64,000 bases of DNA from a virus, in the IMG/VR virus record IMGVR_UViG_3300044691_000477, positions 1 through 64,000 of that record; one strand, 5' to 3'. Under the pieces are notes generated by a model. It did not search any database. It was not told where the DNA came from and saw nothing but the letters and a program-made list of their open reading frames with translations. Positions 18,550-26,489 of this stretch are shown one piece after another. Made by a program: the position numbers and the translations under genes. How positions within the stretch are numbered: position 1 is the first letter of the stretch; every line of letters starts with the position of its first letter.

Positions 18550-19311
18550 CTACGCCAGTGCGACAACCTTCACTACAGAGATGGTCACGGCGCCCATCGC
18601 TGCCTCGTCTCCTGGTGAGGTGACGAAGGGGACGATGACGTCGCCCACATCCAAGTGGTACATGGTGTCCACCAGTGCGCTAGCGCCGCTCGCCACGCCG
18701 GCGGCAGAAACGGTTGGTACGAAAGGAGCCCCAATCGGCGACACCACGTTCGGCGAGATGTTGCCAGTTGCGTCGAGAACGTAAATGCCGAGCGAGGGGG
18801 GACCTGTGAAAGTTATGCCGCTGTAGTACGCCACGGTGGACTGGATGAAGTAGACACCGTGCGCACCGACGGCGATCCCACCCATCGGGTAGACGCCATC
18901 GGGATGGTCAAGATCGAAGTTGATGGCGCTGTGCACGTCAACGATGCTGAGTTCGTCACCGATGGTGGGTATCAACTCCGTAAGCCCGGTGCCGATCCCA
19001 CCACCTGTCATGGTGAGCGAGTACGCGAAGACCCTCTGAAGTGTCGAGACACCACCGCCACCACTAGGGGCTGGAGGTGCCTCGAGCGTCACGGTGCGCT
19101 TGTCGGTGCCGTGCCCTCCCTCGTTGAGGACGTAGGTTCCCGGCGCTGCGAAGAAGTTCACGAAGCGGTTGGCGCTAGATGTCAGCGGGTTGGGGAGAGG
19201 GATCGTGCCCTCAGCGTCTGCGAACAGTGAAGCAGCCACACCGTCCAGCAAGACAGTGATCGTGCTCCCGGCAGAACCGAAGTGGTCACCGTACTGGTGC
19301 AGTGTCGTCAT
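18550..19311 (-). CDS. Hypothetical virion protein (possible capsid decoration/fibre)
   Basis: 253-aa ORF directly after the major capsid terminator. Confidence 0.65.
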   Translation of the reverse strand: MTTLHQYGDHFGSAGSTITVLLDGVAASLFADAEGTIPLPNPLTSSANRFVNFFAAPGTYVLNEGGHGTDKRTVTLEAPPAPSGGGGVSTLQRVFAYSLTMTGGGIGTGLTELIPTIGDELSIVDVHSAINFDLDHPDGVYPMGGIAVGAHGVYFIQSTVAYYSGITFTGPPSLGIYVLDATGNISPNVVSPIGAPFVPTVSAAGVASGASALVDTMYHLDVGDVIVPFVTSPGDEAAMGAVTISVVKVVALA

Positions 19312-19364
19312 GCCACGATTCTGCCGTCAGGACGTCCCAGGATCGGGGAGAGGTTCGGTACGCC

Positions 19365-19400
19365 GAGAGGCCGTCCCCGATGCTACGAAGACGGCCCCTC
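19365..19400 (-). terminator. Hairpin downstream of the major capsid gene
   Basis: 11-bp stem (one G-U pair on the minus-strand RNA), arms at 19365..75 and 19390..400. Confidence 0.5.
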
Positions 19401-19420
19401 GGTCGTGCCTAGCCGAACGG

Positions 19421-20404
19421 CTAGTTCGTTTCTGCGACGACCACGGCGTTGTCCGTGATCAGGCCGAAGCCCCAGATGGCGTACCACGCGAGGGCGTGCT
19501 CACGACCGAAGTCGAGGATGCCGCCGTCGCGGAGCTCCACCGGGAGGCTGATCGCGTGCCCGAACGCGTTGTCACCCAGGAAGATCGCCTGGTAGACGTC
19601 GGGGCCAGTCGTGACCTTCTTGACCTGGGTGGTCTCGATGAACACGACGTCGTTGATGCGCCCGATCTCACCAAGCATGAAGTTGCCTGGCGCGGCGTAC
19701 TTGGTGACCTCGAAGAACTCGGGGTCGTCACGCAGACGCCGGCTCTGGTGCGGGTGCACGAAGCAGACGTAGGTCTCGCCGAGACGAGGGACGTTCTTCG
19801 TGGCCAGCGTCTCCACGGCGTCCTTGATGACCGCCATGGACATGTAGAACGAGCCGGTCAGCGCCGCGCGGTTGGCACCAGGAGTGCCGTGCGCGTAGGG
19901 GTTGAACGCCGTGCTCGGCGCTGCCTGGGCCTGCGGGTTGTCGTACCCGAAGATGACCGAGCTGGCCGTGAGGATGGTGTCACGAGCCGACCCGTCCAGG
20001 TACAGCGCCATGTTGCGGCCCAGCAGACGTGAGGCCGAGGCCATCACGTCATCGAAGCTGGCGTTGAGCAGCAGCTCCGAGACCGCGACCGCGTAACCCT
20101 GCTCCGCGACCGTGATCTGGTACTGCGACGCGCTGAGCGCGTTGGTCTGCATGCGCACGCCCTCCACGAGCTGCGAGGCAGCACCGAGGTTGTTGTATCG
20201 CATGAAGTTGATCGTGAGCCCAGGCTGCACACCCAGCTCCGTCTTCTTCACAGCGAACTGCTCGAAGCGGAGGATGGGCATGGACTGGAAGAGGATCTCC
20301 TTCGACCAGATGGTCTGGATGGCCGGTCCGAGCTGCGAGTTCGCACCCGCGTAGGCCGTCGGCGACGCCGAGAGGTACGGCGTCCCGGTGATGGCATTCG
20401 CCAT
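19421..20404 (-). CDS. Major capsid protein (HK97 fold; resembles N4-gp56-type family)
   Basis: 327 aa immediately after the scaffold gene, followed by a hairpin. The general sequence pattern fits this family. Confidence 0.8.
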   Translation of the reverse strand: MANAITGTPYLSASPTAYAGANSQLGPAIQTIWSKEILFQSMPILRFEQFAVKKTELGVQPGLTINFMRYNNLGAASQLVEGVRMQTNALSASQYQITVAEQGYAVAVSELLLNASFDDVMASASRLLGRNMALYLDGSARDTILTASSVIFGYDNPQAQAAPSTAFNPYAHGTPGANRAALTGSFYMSMAVIKDAVETLATKNVPRLGETYVCFVHPHQSRRLRDDPEFFEVTKYAAPGNFMLGEIGRINDVVFIETTQVKKVTTGPDVYQAIFLGDNAFGHAISLPVELRDGGILDFGREHALAWYAIWGFGLITDNAVVVAETN

Positions 20405-20446
20405 GGGGGATGTCTCCTTCGTGACTGTGGTGGGTGCTCGGATGGA

Positions 20447-21355
20447 CTACCCGAACATGCCCCTGCCCTGCTGCTGCTGTGAAGCAGCTCCCAGCAGCCG
20501 TCCCCGAAGTTGTGAATACTGCGTCATGTCCATCGCCTGGAGTTCCTCCAGGCTCAACGTTTGGTATCCCGAGTCGTTGTCCAATGGCCCCACTGGCGGT
20601 GCCGTGACCCCGACACCCCTGGCCGGCGGCAGAGCCGTTCGACCAGCGGTGGCCGTAGCCACATCGCTGAGAATAGACGCGCTCCGCTCCGCAAGTGCGG
20701 AGATGCTCGCCTCGATCTCCTCCCGGTTGTTGCCGAGCACCAGGTCGCGCATCTGCGGGATGATCTGCGGGCCGAGTCCACGACCAGGCCCGTTGGGGTC
20801 CTCGTTGGTCAGCGCGGTGTTGCGGTACTGCATTAGCTCGTTGAACTCGCGCTCCTTGGCGATGATCGCCTGCGACTGCTCGAGCTGCGTCTGCAGACCC
20901 CCGACCTGCTGAGTCATCTGCGCCTGGAACTCGCTGAGCTTCTCGCCGAAAGACAACTCGGCCAGTCGCTTCTCCTCGGCGGCGTCGGCAGCAGCCTTGA
21001 GCGCTGCCTCCTCGGCCTGCTGGCGAGTGGTGAGGTCGGTGCTGAAGGCGCTCATCTGCTGCTCGAGAGCGGCCACTCGCTGCTTCTCGGCTTCGATGGT
21101 CTCGTAGAGCTTGTCCTTCTCCTGCTTGCGCGCAGCCTCGACGGCAGCGGCAACGCGCGGGTCCGCCAAGATGTCAGCAGGGATCTGCTGCACCGTGGGT
21201 GCTGGAGCGGGTGGGGCAGCAGGAATCACCACCGCCGGCTCCGTGGCGGGGATGGTCATGACCATCTCGCCGTATCGGTCACGGTTGAGGGCCAGCAGGC
21301 CCTTGACGTCACCGGCCTCGAGCAGTGCCAGCGTGGTGAGGGCGTGCTTGTTCAT
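20447..21355 (-). CDS. Scaffolding protein
   Basis: Track ORF trimmed to ATG 21355 (GGAGAA RBS). 302 aa, Ala/Glu/Gln-rich coiled coil, upstream of the capsid gene. Confidence 0.75.
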   Translation of the reverse strand: MNKHALTTLALLEAGDVKGLLALNRDRYGEMVMTIPATEPAVVIPAAPPAPAPTVQQIPADILADPRVAAAVEAARKQEKDKLYETIEAEKQRVAALEQQMSAFSTDLTTRQQAEEAALKAAADAAEEKRLAELSFGEKLSEFQAQMTQQVGGLQTQLEQSQAIIAKEREFNELMQYRNTALTNEDPNGPGRGLGPQIIPQMRDLVLGNNREEIEASISALAERSASILSDVATATAGRTALPPARGVGVTAPPVGPLDNDSGYQTLSLEELQAMDMTQYSQLRGRLLGAASQQQQGRGMFG

Positions 21356-21429
21356 CGTTTCTCCAGAGTCGTTGTCCAGTGCCAGCCGAAGCTGGCGGTC
21401 CCATGAGGAGCATCCTGGCCCGACTTCGT

Positions 21430-21654
21430 TCACTCGTTGCGTAGAGTCCACTCCTCGCTCGGCTCCCAGTCGTCCCCCATGACCCGGCGCACGACAAGTT
21501 CTGCAGTCTGGTACTGCCCGTGGCGGATGAGGGCCTTTATCGTGTCGACCTGAGCCTGCAACGCAGCGAACTGCTGCAGGGTGCAGTCGGCTCTGGCGGC
21601 GCCAATGAGCATGACGAACTTGAGCGCCTTGCCGAACTCGTTGACGTCGACCAT
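21430..21654 (-). CDS. Hypothetical protein
   Basis: Track ORF 21430..21669. ATG 21654 shares one base (TGATG) with the stop of the upstream small ORF. Confidence 0.55.
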   Translation of the reverse strand: MVDVNEFGKALKFVMLIGAARADCTLQQFAALQAQVDTIKALIRHGQYQTAELVVRRVMGDDWEPSEEWTLRNE

Positions 21655-21803
21655 CAGCGTTCGACCCATGCATCCCCCTCAGGAACTGGGTCTTCTTCTC
21701 GCTGCTCTGGTATCAGCGCCTCGAGCGCGTGATGCCCAAGTTCTGCATCGTGGAGGGCGCACGCCTCGGCGTACTCCTTCCAAGAGAGCTCGATGAGGTC
21801 CAC
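21654..21803 (-). CDS. Small hypothetical protein (49 aa)
   Basis: Track ORF 21654..21869 trimmed to GTG 21803, just past the portal stop. High GC3, weak RBS. Confidence 0.35.
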   Translation of the reverse strand: MDLIELSWKEYAEACALHDAELGHHALEALIPEQREEDPVPEGDAWVER

Positions 21804-21804
21804 G

Positions 21805-23596
21805 TCATGTCGCGTTATCGGTGTCCGCTGCTGGCGGGCGCCGGGTGGCGAGTTGAGTGCCGTAGGCACGAGTGTTGAGCCTGGTCATGAGCTCCTGAGT
21901 CTCGGACGACATCGGTACACCCATCCCACCCATCGGGGGCATACCCGCTGCGCCAGTACCGGCATCGGTCGCCCCGGCCTGCTGCACATCGCCACCCGCA
22001 CTGGCACCAGACGCTCCTGCCACAGGGGGCGGGAACGGCTGGGGCTGACCGGGAATGAACTGACCCGTCTCCTGCTGCACGATCTGCGAGATCTGCGCAC
22101 GGATCATGTCGAGCGACCCCTGGTCGATGGCGTCCTGCACGAGTTCGAGGAAGGTCTCGCGCAACTTCTCGTTGGGGAAGACCTCACCAAGCTCCTCGAG
22201 GGCGTCCTTCTTCGACACCAGGCCCATCTGCATCTTGAGCATGAGCTCGTTGAGGACAACGATCTTGTCGACCGGCAGCGGCGGCGGGAAGTGCACGACG
22301 GTCACGAAGGTGATCGGGTCATCAACGTCGAGAACTGGCTGCTGGTAGGACTCGAGCTCCTCGTCCTCGGTCGGCGACCAGGAAAACGCCTGTGGCTCGT
22401 TGACAGCCAGTGTCAGCAGGGCCAACTCGTTGATGCGCTTGTAGAGCTTCCCGTAGGTCATCTTCTTGTGGTCATAGCGCTGCATCATCGGCTGATACTG
22501 GATGGCGAGTGCGACGCCGCTGGTGTTGCTGATCGGCTGTACGTCACCGAGTGCGCCCTCAGGTACGCCGGTCAACTCGTGCATGGCCTTCTTGACCATC
22601 TCGAGGTACTTCAGCCCGGCCTCGACACCACCGCCGGCGAGTTCGAGGTTGAAGACGTTGGCGTCCTTGGGAAGCCCGCCCCAGATCTTCTTTGCGCCCT
22701 TCTCGAGCTGCGAGGACTTCGCGCCGGTCATGACTGTCACTGGAGCCGCGTGGTAGTTCACGATGTCAGAGACATCGGTCGCCTTCTCGTTGTACTCACG
22801 GTTGAGAATCGTGATGTCAGCAATGTCGCTCAGGCCCCACGGGCTGCCGCTGACCATGATGTTCGGCGACACCGCAATGGGCACCGTGCCGAGCGGGTTC
22901 GGGCGCGCATCTACGAGTTGGTCGTTGATGTACTCCTCGATGTAGGTCTCGCTGATCAGCTCGGTGTAGGTGAAGACCTGGCGAGTGCCCTCAGGAGATG
23001 TCCCCCAGAAGCGGTACTTCTGCTTGAACCGGAGCAGCCGCTCCTTGTCATGCGGGTGCCACTCAGGGAAGCACTGCGCCGCGTTGAGCGGCATGATGCG
23101 CACTCGCCCTGGGTGGAACCGCTGCAGCACACCGGGAATGGGCTGACCGTCCTGGTCGACGCCCGACATCCAGCCTTCCTCGTAGGCGACCTTGCAGAAG
23201 ACATCGCCTGAAACGCTGCCCTGGTTGCCTAGCTCCCAGATCACCGTCGGCTTGTGGTTGTCGGTCTCCCAGACTCGCTCCATTAGCGCCGGCACGATGT
23301 GCTCGGTCTCCTTGGGACTGCGGAAGTTGACGCCGCGTCCGAAGCAGAAGTTGGTGATGAAGTCAGAGAACGCCTTGACGTAGTTGAAGGTGAGCTGCGG
23401 CTCACCCGGCTCACGGCGGTAAGACCAGTGGTGTCCTAGGTAAAAAGCCCAGCTAATTGTGGGCGTAACGGTTCAGGCGAGGTCCATGGACCTCGAACTC
23501 CTCATCCGCTAGCTCAACCAGTCCCAGGGGACTGATCGCGATGGTGAGGTCTGAACCAGCCGCCCGATACGAGGGGGAACTGAAATCAACTGTCAT
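21805..23596 (-). CDS. Portal protein (SPP1 gp6-like), reading frame broken by an apparent +1 shift at 23456..23472
   Basis: The main frame is open from 23472 but has no start codon before GTG 23295. Those 59 codons are protein-like (AFYLGHHWSYRREPGEPQLTFNYVKAFSDFITNFCFGRGVNF). A 47-codon ORF at 23453..23596 with GGAGGTG RBS supplies the N-terminus. Confidence 0.8.
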
Positions 23597-23902
23597 CTCT
23601 GCTTCACCTCCGACCCGACGATCTGGGCGCTCAGATACTGCGCCGCCCTGACTAGCGTGTCAGGGTCGTCGCCGAAGTAGCCGAGACCCTGGTTGCACCT
23701 GTTGCAGAGTAGGCCGCGCACGGCTCCAGTCGTGTGACAGTGGTCGACGCAGATCTTGCTCACCTCAGCCAGCGGGGTCAGACAGATGCCGCAGCGCCCG
23801 AGTTGCTCGTACGGCAGTGAGACGTGCGTGCTCCCGGTCTTTGCCGATGAACGCGTGCAGCGGGTGCCTGGTCGGGTTCAAGACCTTCGTCTTCGTGGTC
23901 AC
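23593..23902 (-). pseudogene. Endonuclease VII-family (HNH-like) nuclease, frame-disrupted
   Basis: GTG 23902 opens frame A (VTTKTKVLNPTRHPLHAFIGKDREH). The domain LPYEQLGRCGICL..VDHCHTTGAVRGLLCNRCNQGLGYFGDDP lies in the +1 frame, ending at 23593. The span is 310 nt. Confidence 0.6.
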
Positions 23903-23944
23903 GATGTGATGGTCCCCTGAGTCGTGGTCCGAGTGGTGGAGAGG

Positions 23945-24268
23945 CTAGTGGTAGCCGTGCGGCCACCCATATCGGTTGTAGTCGATAACTGGCACGTGGC
24001 TGGCCCCCAGGTCCATCAGCGACGCGGCGCGATGGTGCCCGTCCTTCACCTTCCCGGTCTGCATGTCCATGAGCACAGGATTCTGCACACCGTGCTCTGC
24101 AATGCTGTCGCGCAAGTCGTCATACCCACCTCGAGCACGTACTTCGTTCCAGTCCTTGCCGGCGTCGACGGGCTCACCAGGAACCGCATGCTTGGTGAAG
24201 GTCTTCATGCTCAGGTGATGGACGTCCAGACCCTGCCACTGCCTGCCGAGAGCCCGCGGGGCGCTCAT
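23945..24268 (-). CDS. ParB/Srx-like nuclease-domain protein (paralog 1)
   Basis: ATG 24268 (ATGA coupling). DLRDSIAEHGVQNPV..KVKDGHHRAASLMDLGASHVPV is a ParB N-terminal domain pattern. Confidence 0.75.
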   Translation of the reverse strand: MSAPRALGRQWQGLDVHHLSMKTFTKHAVPGEPVDAGKDWNEVRARGGYDDLRDSIAEHGVQNPVLMDMQTGKVKDGHHRAASLMDLGASHVPVIDYNRYGWPHGYH

Positions 24269-24648
24269 GCGAGCACGCCGTCGTGCAGGAAGCCGTGCCA
24301 CGCCTGCCTCAGCACGACCTCCTCGTCATCCACCATGATCTTGCTCTCGTAGGTCTGAATCGACCCTGCGCCGGCTATGCAGGTGTCTCCGTTCTTGTCG
24401 ACGGTCAGCCGGTCGAGTGGCCCGTGACGCACCCAGCAGCGGTGCGTCCGGTCGTCGGGACTTCCGCAGTTGCTGGCCCGGCGATCGGGGCACCAGGAGT
24501 CGCCGGTCGGCAGAATCACCGTGACATGCGTACCTGAGCAGTTGTCCCAGTCACAGCGGTAGGTGTGCTCCCACTCGTACACCGCTCCCGGCTCGGAGCG
24601 GTTGTCCGCGTCGGCGGTGGTGGCGAAGGTCTGCAGTGGTGCACTCAT
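24265..24648 (-). CDS. Cys/His-rich hypothetical protein
   Basis: 127-aa ORF coupled at both ends to ParB-like genes. Ends in WHGFLHDGVLA. Confidence 0.7.
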   Translation of the reverse strand: MSAPLQTFATTADADNRSEPGAVYEWEHTYRCDWDNCSGTHVTVILPTGDSWCPDRRASNCGSPDDRTHRCWVRHGPLDRLTVDKNGDTCIAGAGSIQTYESKIMVDDEEVVLRQAWHGFLHDGVLA

Positions 24649-24887
24649 CGGATCTTCTCGACCGGGAGGTGTGACAGCCCTGCTTGGGCTGCAGCGTGGA
24701 CACGGTGGTTACCGTTCACCAGTCGGTCGCCGCCGACCAGACGGATGTGGTCGTCGTTGTCGTCGGCCCACTGCGCGTCGTACCCGCTGTCACGCATCTG
24801 CCGGGCGTAGGTCGCGACCTTCTCGTGGTCGACCACGCCACTGTCCAGCAAGTGCGCGAGCGTCAGCAGGTGCCTTACCGGCATCAT
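24645..24887 (-). CDS. ParB/Srx-like nuclease-domain protein (paralog 2)
   Basis: Track ORF 24645..24935; ATG 24887 preferred. LVNGNHRVHAAAQAGLSHLPV. Start is uncertain. Confidence 0.65.
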   Translation of the reverse strand: MMPVRHLLTLAHLLDSGVVDHEKVATYARQMRDSGYDAQWADDNDDHIRLVGGDRLVNGNHRVHAAAQAGLSHLPVEKIR

Positions 24888-24901
24888 GGTGATGTCCCGC
24901 T

Positions 24902-25630
24902 TCACCCCGCAGCTCCGTAACCAGGGAGTTGCCACTGCCGCCCGAGCGCCCGGTGCAGACCTGACCTGGTGAGAAGTTGTGACGTCGGACCAAGGGTCGC
25001 CACCTTCTGCACTGGCTGGCCACCGACAGAGCCGAAGTTGTTGGTGCTGTTCTGGCCGCGGGTCTCGGTCGTCATCGCCTGTCGAGCCAGCGGGGAGTAC
25101 ATCTCGCGGTGCGCGCGGTACGCCGCTTCTTCGCCGTCGGCGCTGAAGTTGCGACCCGTACCGGCGTGGCCGAAGACGTCGTGCACCGCGCGGAAGGCGT
25201 CGTTCTCGTCGTTGGTGAAGAACGGGTGCCCACCCGTGGCCGAGGTGGCCATGCTCTTGATGACACCGTGCTCGTGCACGTCGCGCATCATCGCGAGACT
25301 GTTCGGCGCACCAGAAGCCGTGACGTAGGGATCATTCGGCGTGACCTGGTGGGTGAGCCCGAGGCCCTTGGGCGACGTCATGAACTCGTGCTGGCGCATG
25401 GTCTCGTCGCGCATCGCACGGAAGCTCGGCATCGCCTCCGGCATGTGCTCCGGGGCAGCCTCGTACAGCCCTGCGACGTGCCGAGCGATTACCGGGTCGA
25501 CCGCGACGTGACTGAAGTCGCGTTGCATCGGACCACTGAAGCCGTTCTGGCCCCGGTATCGCTCGGCAGCTTCCTGAACCTGGGGAACAGGACGACCGGC
25601 ACCGACCATGAAGTGCCCAGTGCGACTCAT
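24902..25630 (-). CDS. Hypothetical protein (242 aa)
   Basis: Long ORF with high GC3. Contains FRAVHDVFGHAGTG. The C-terminal RALGRQWQ copies the ParB-paralog N-terminal leader. Confidence 0.7.
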   Translation of the reverse strand: MSRTGHFMVGAGRPVPQVQEAAERYRGQNGFSGPMQRDFSHVAVDPVIARHVAGLYEAAPEHMPEAMPSFRAMRDETMRQHEFMTSPKGLGLTHQVTPNDPYVTASGAPNSLAMMRDVHEHGVIKSMATSATGGHPFFTNDENDAFRAVHDVFGHAGTGRNFSADGEEAAYRAHREMYSPLARQAMTTETRGQNSTNNFGSVGGQPVQKVATLGPTSQLLTRSGLHRALGRQWQLPGYGAAG

Positions 25631-25646
25631 GTTCCCCCCTCAGGGG

Positions 25647-25985
25647 TCAGCGAGGCGAGTAGGCGACCGAGACGTCCAGATCCGAACCGGCGACCGTGCT
25701 GCCGATCTGGGTGACGTTGAGGTCGAAGGTCTGCGCGCTGGCGAAGGTGACGTCGGGGTTGATGTCGAACACCGCCTCGGTGGCGCCGATGGCGAAGGTC
25801 AGCGTGCCGACCACCACGGTGTCGAGCCGCACCTGGACGATGAGAGATGCCCCGGTGGGAGCAGTGCCGACCACGCCGTTGATGGACGTTGCGTCACCGC
25901 TGAAGGCGGTCTCGTAGCGGTCCTTGACGCCCGTGGTGAGCGCACCTGCGGCTTCCAGGGTGAAGGTCTCGCGGACGTCAGGCAT
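25647..25985 (-). CDS. Small beta-rich hypothetical protein
   Basis: 112-aa ORF. Confidence 0.65.
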   Translation of the reverse strand: MPDVRETFTLEAAGALTTGVKDRYETAFSGDATSINGVVGTAPTGASLIVQVRLDTVVVGTLTFAIGATEAVFDINPDVTFASAQTFDLNVTQIGSTVAGSDLDVSVAYSPR

Positions 25986-26048
25986 TCGGGCTCCTTGATC
26001 GGTTGTGGCATGGGGAGTTGCTTGGTACTACGCAGGGCGCGCAGCAGA

Positions 26049-26441
26049 TCAGTCCATCACGACTGCAGCGTTGAGGATCTCGTGGCGGGTGCCGCTGCGG
26101 ATCTCATCGACGTACTCGATGACGTCGCCCTCGCCGGCGCCGGCTGCGAAGGCACCGAGGTAGGGCGGCGAGTCGACCCAGGCAGCGCTACCAGGATGCG
26201 CGCGCTCCTTGAGCACCTGGTCTGCGTGCTTGTAGAGCGTCTCGGGGTTCGGGCCACCGCCCGGACCAGGCGTGCCGCCCTCCATCATCCCCTGCTGGAA
26301 GTCGTTGGGGATGTCGGTGTCGGTGGCCAGGCCCTCCTCGAAGCGAAGCGGCCCCCCGTTGCCAGGCACTGACGGGGCGATCTTGCGCTCGTACATGACA
26401 GGAGCGCGCTCGGGGAACTGTGGTGCAGGAGCGATGGTCAC
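26049..26441 (-). CDS. Hypothetical Gly/Pro-rich protein
   Basis: 130-aa ORF directly downstream of the terminase. Confidence 0.65.
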   Translation of the reverse strand: MTIAPAPQFPERAPVMYERKIAPSVPGNGGPLRFEEGLATDTDIPNDFQQGMMEGGTPGPGGGPNPETLYKHADQVLKERAHPGSAAWVDSPPYLGAFAAGAGEGDVIEYVDEIRSGTRHEILNAAVVMD

Positions 26442-26489
26442 TGGTCCTCCAGGTCGTATGTCGAGCTTCCCCGCGATGGTAGACCGAGC

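Noticed and set aside
23440-23940. Group I intron or intein interrupting the portal gene (AT-rich structured-looking sequence plus a nearby homing-type endonuclease).
   Set aside because: The missing portal N-terminus is found immediately upstream as a 47-codon ORF with its own strong RBS, offset by one frame. The EndoVII ORF is a separate upstream gene coupled by ATGA. No in-frame intein and no exon-intron-exon arrangement is needed.
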